The notes under the pieces: generated by a model
Database searches by the model: none
Seen by the model: only the letters and a program-made list of their open reading frames with translations
Told to the model about the DNA's origin: nothing
Position numbers and translations under genes: made by a program
Assembly (NCBI GenBank): GCA_964457525.1
Contig: CAYWGS010000029.1
Span: forward strand, 1-15,722
Source of the DNA: an uncultured Erysipelotrichaceae bacterium
GTDB lineage: Bacteria; Bacillota_I; Bacilli_A; Erysipelotrichales; Erysipelotrichaceae
Direction of reading: 5' to 3'
Length of the DNA: 15,722 nt
Shown: piece after piece, positions 14,525-15,722 of the stretch
Position numbering within the stretch: position 1 is the stretch's first letter
How the letters are laid out: every line of letters begins with the position of its first letter

Positions 14525-15532
14525 ATGACATATCTTAAAAAAGGACATCGACAAAGAATCACAATTATAGATGAAAAAGGTAAAGAAAGAGAACCTTATG
14601 TGGAAGGATTTGATCCTATTGCGTTTCACTTTACTGAATCCTATTTAACTTATGCGAATAATCGTAAGATATTAAATGATTATAAAGATGAAATGGATCC
14701 AAGAGTTATAGAATATTGGGAATCATTCGGAGTAAAGAAAGAATTATTTGATCAAGATACATTAGGCAAGTATTCAGTTCATACTCCACTTGATATGGAT
14801 TATTCAAAACGATATCCTGTCCTTTATTATTCTCATGGTGGTAATGGAACACCTTATGAAGCTGAGACGGTTGGTTTCTCTAAGCTTATTCAAAAAGAGC
14901 AGTTTATTGCGGTTTATCCATTCAATGGAGGTTATTCAAATGAAGAAGCTCCTACAGAATTTAAGCGTATTATGGATGAACTTAAAAAGAAAAACTACCC
15001 CGTTGATTGGAGTAGAGTTTATGTATCTGGTTATTCTTCTGGTTCAGATGCGTCTGAGTCAATTGCGACACTTTGGCCTGAGATGATTGCGGCTGTTGCG
15101 CCATGTCCTGGTAGTAATGCGATGTATAACAGTTTATGTCGAATAACACCTGAATCCTATAACAAATGTTTAGATATTCAAGTACCTCTATTATGTGTTG
15201 GAGGTAATATGGATTTTGGAGATCCTTTCCCTTTTCCTGATAAAGAGTGTTATGAGAATTTCAATATTTGGGCTAAAGAGATTTCTAAGGTTAGTAATTA
15301 TGTCCCTCTAACATTTGAGGATTCACGTCTACTTATTAACACCACCACAAACCCTACTAAGAAGAATGTAGGTCTAGACTTCAAACATACATGGACTGAA
15401 GAATTTGAAGATAGAGAATGGTACTTCGGAGAGTTCTATGATGATAAGTACAGACCTGTCATTCAGTTCATCATTGGAGATGGTATCCCTCATATCACTT
15501 CTGGTGTCCATGCCTCTCTTGTATACGCTTGA
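14525..15532 (+). CDS. Alpha/beta-hydrolase esterase (PHB-depolymerase / feruloyl-esterase-like, CE1-type), no signal peptide
   Basis: 335 aa. YYSHGGNG oxyanion-region segment and the nucleophile elbow GYSSG (GxSxG) in VYVSGYSSGSDAS. The N-terminus is hydrophilic. Confidence 0.7.
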   Translation: MTYLKKGHRQRITIIDEKGKEREPYVEGFDPIAFHFTESYLTYANNRKILNDYKDEMDPRVIEYWESFGVKKELFDQDTLGKYSVHTPLDMDYSKRYPVLYYSHGGNGTPYEAETVGFSKLIQKEQFIAVYPFNGGYSNEEAPTEFKRIMDELKKKNYPVDWSRVYVSGYSSGSDASESIATLWPEMIAAVAPCPGSNAMYNSLCRITPESYNKCLDIQVPLLCVGGNMDFGDPFPFPDKECYENFNIWAKEISKVSNYVPLTFEDSRLLINTTTNPTKKNVGLDFKHTWTEEFEDREWYFGEFYDDKYRPVIQFIIGDGIPHITSGVHASLVYA

Positions 15533-15630
15533 CTAAAACAATGGAGTAGAGATTTAGAGACGAACAAATTATTGTTTACACCAGTATTTCCGTATTGATT
15601 AATCAACTTCATATTCTATATCAATAAATA

Positions 15631-15667
15631 AAACCTCATTTAGCTATTAAGTTTATATGAGGTTTTT
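15631..15667. terminator. Intrinsic terminator hairpin, possibly bidirectional
   Basis: AAACCTCAT-17nt-ATGAGGTTT followed by TT on the plus strand. On the minus strand, AAAACCTCAT...ATGAGGTTTT is followed by ATTTATT. It lies about 100 nt after the esterase stop. Confidence 0.55.
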
Positions 15668-15722
15668 GCATTTTAATTGATTAGATTAAACTCATTTTCA
15701 ATAATTGAATTAAGTTTATTAG

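Noticed and set aside
14444-15086. ORFs 14444..14629 (-) and 14790..15086 (+)
   Set aside because: The first covers the esterase promoter, RBS and start on the opposite strand. The second is out of frame inside the esterase gene. Neither has an RBS.
15673-15722. Possible 3' end of a minus-strand gene entering from the right edge
   Set aside because: Two of the three minus-strand frames are open to the window edge and end just before the 15631-15667 hairpin (stops at 15681-15683 and 15673-15675). Only about 14 codons are visible, so neither the frame nor a product can be supported.
1-15722. Scan for CRISPR arrays, IS/transposon ends, tRNA/rRNA and long direct repeats
   Set aside because: I saw no regularly spaced repeats, no transposase or integrase ORFs, and no cloverleaf-like or rRNA-like segments. 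The only repeated element of note is the operator palindrome reported above.

Overview
This is an AT-rich window that uses the standard genetic code. It has Gram-positive-type Shine-Dalgarno sites and a lipoprotein solute-binding protein, so a low-GC Bacillota (Firmicutes) chromosome is most likely. I recognise no rRNA, tRNA, CRISPR array, transposase or integrase.

Layout, left to right:
1. 2-388 (+): the 3' end of an NAD(P)H oxidoreductase gene.
2. 451-7131 (-): a six-gene operon of GH4 glycosidase, lipoprotein sugar-binding protein, two ABC permeases, a PF04909-like amidohydrolase and an AgaS-like double-SIS aminosugar-phosphate deaminase/isomerase. It is divergent from a LacI-family regulator and BadF-type sugar kinase pair (7289-9251, +). 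The shared control region carries twin copies of one palindrome.
3. 9252-12043: a small accessory stretch with a short minus-strand gene split between two reading frames at an A AAA AAG run, a class I SAM methyltransferase, and an AbiEi/AbiEii type IV toxin-antitoxin / abortive-infection pair.
4. 12042-14398 (-): a small ORF, an OmpR-type response regulator and a histidine kinase.
5. 14525-15532 (+): a cytoplasmic alpha/beta-hydrolase esterase.

The best candidate for something undescribed is the carbohydrate locus. It joins a melibiose-type cassette (LacI, ABC transporter, GH4) to aga-type amino-sugar enzymes and an unassigned amidohydrolase. This suggests a non-PTS route for alpha-linked amino-sugar glycosides. 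All functional calls come from motif recognition by eye; no searches were run.
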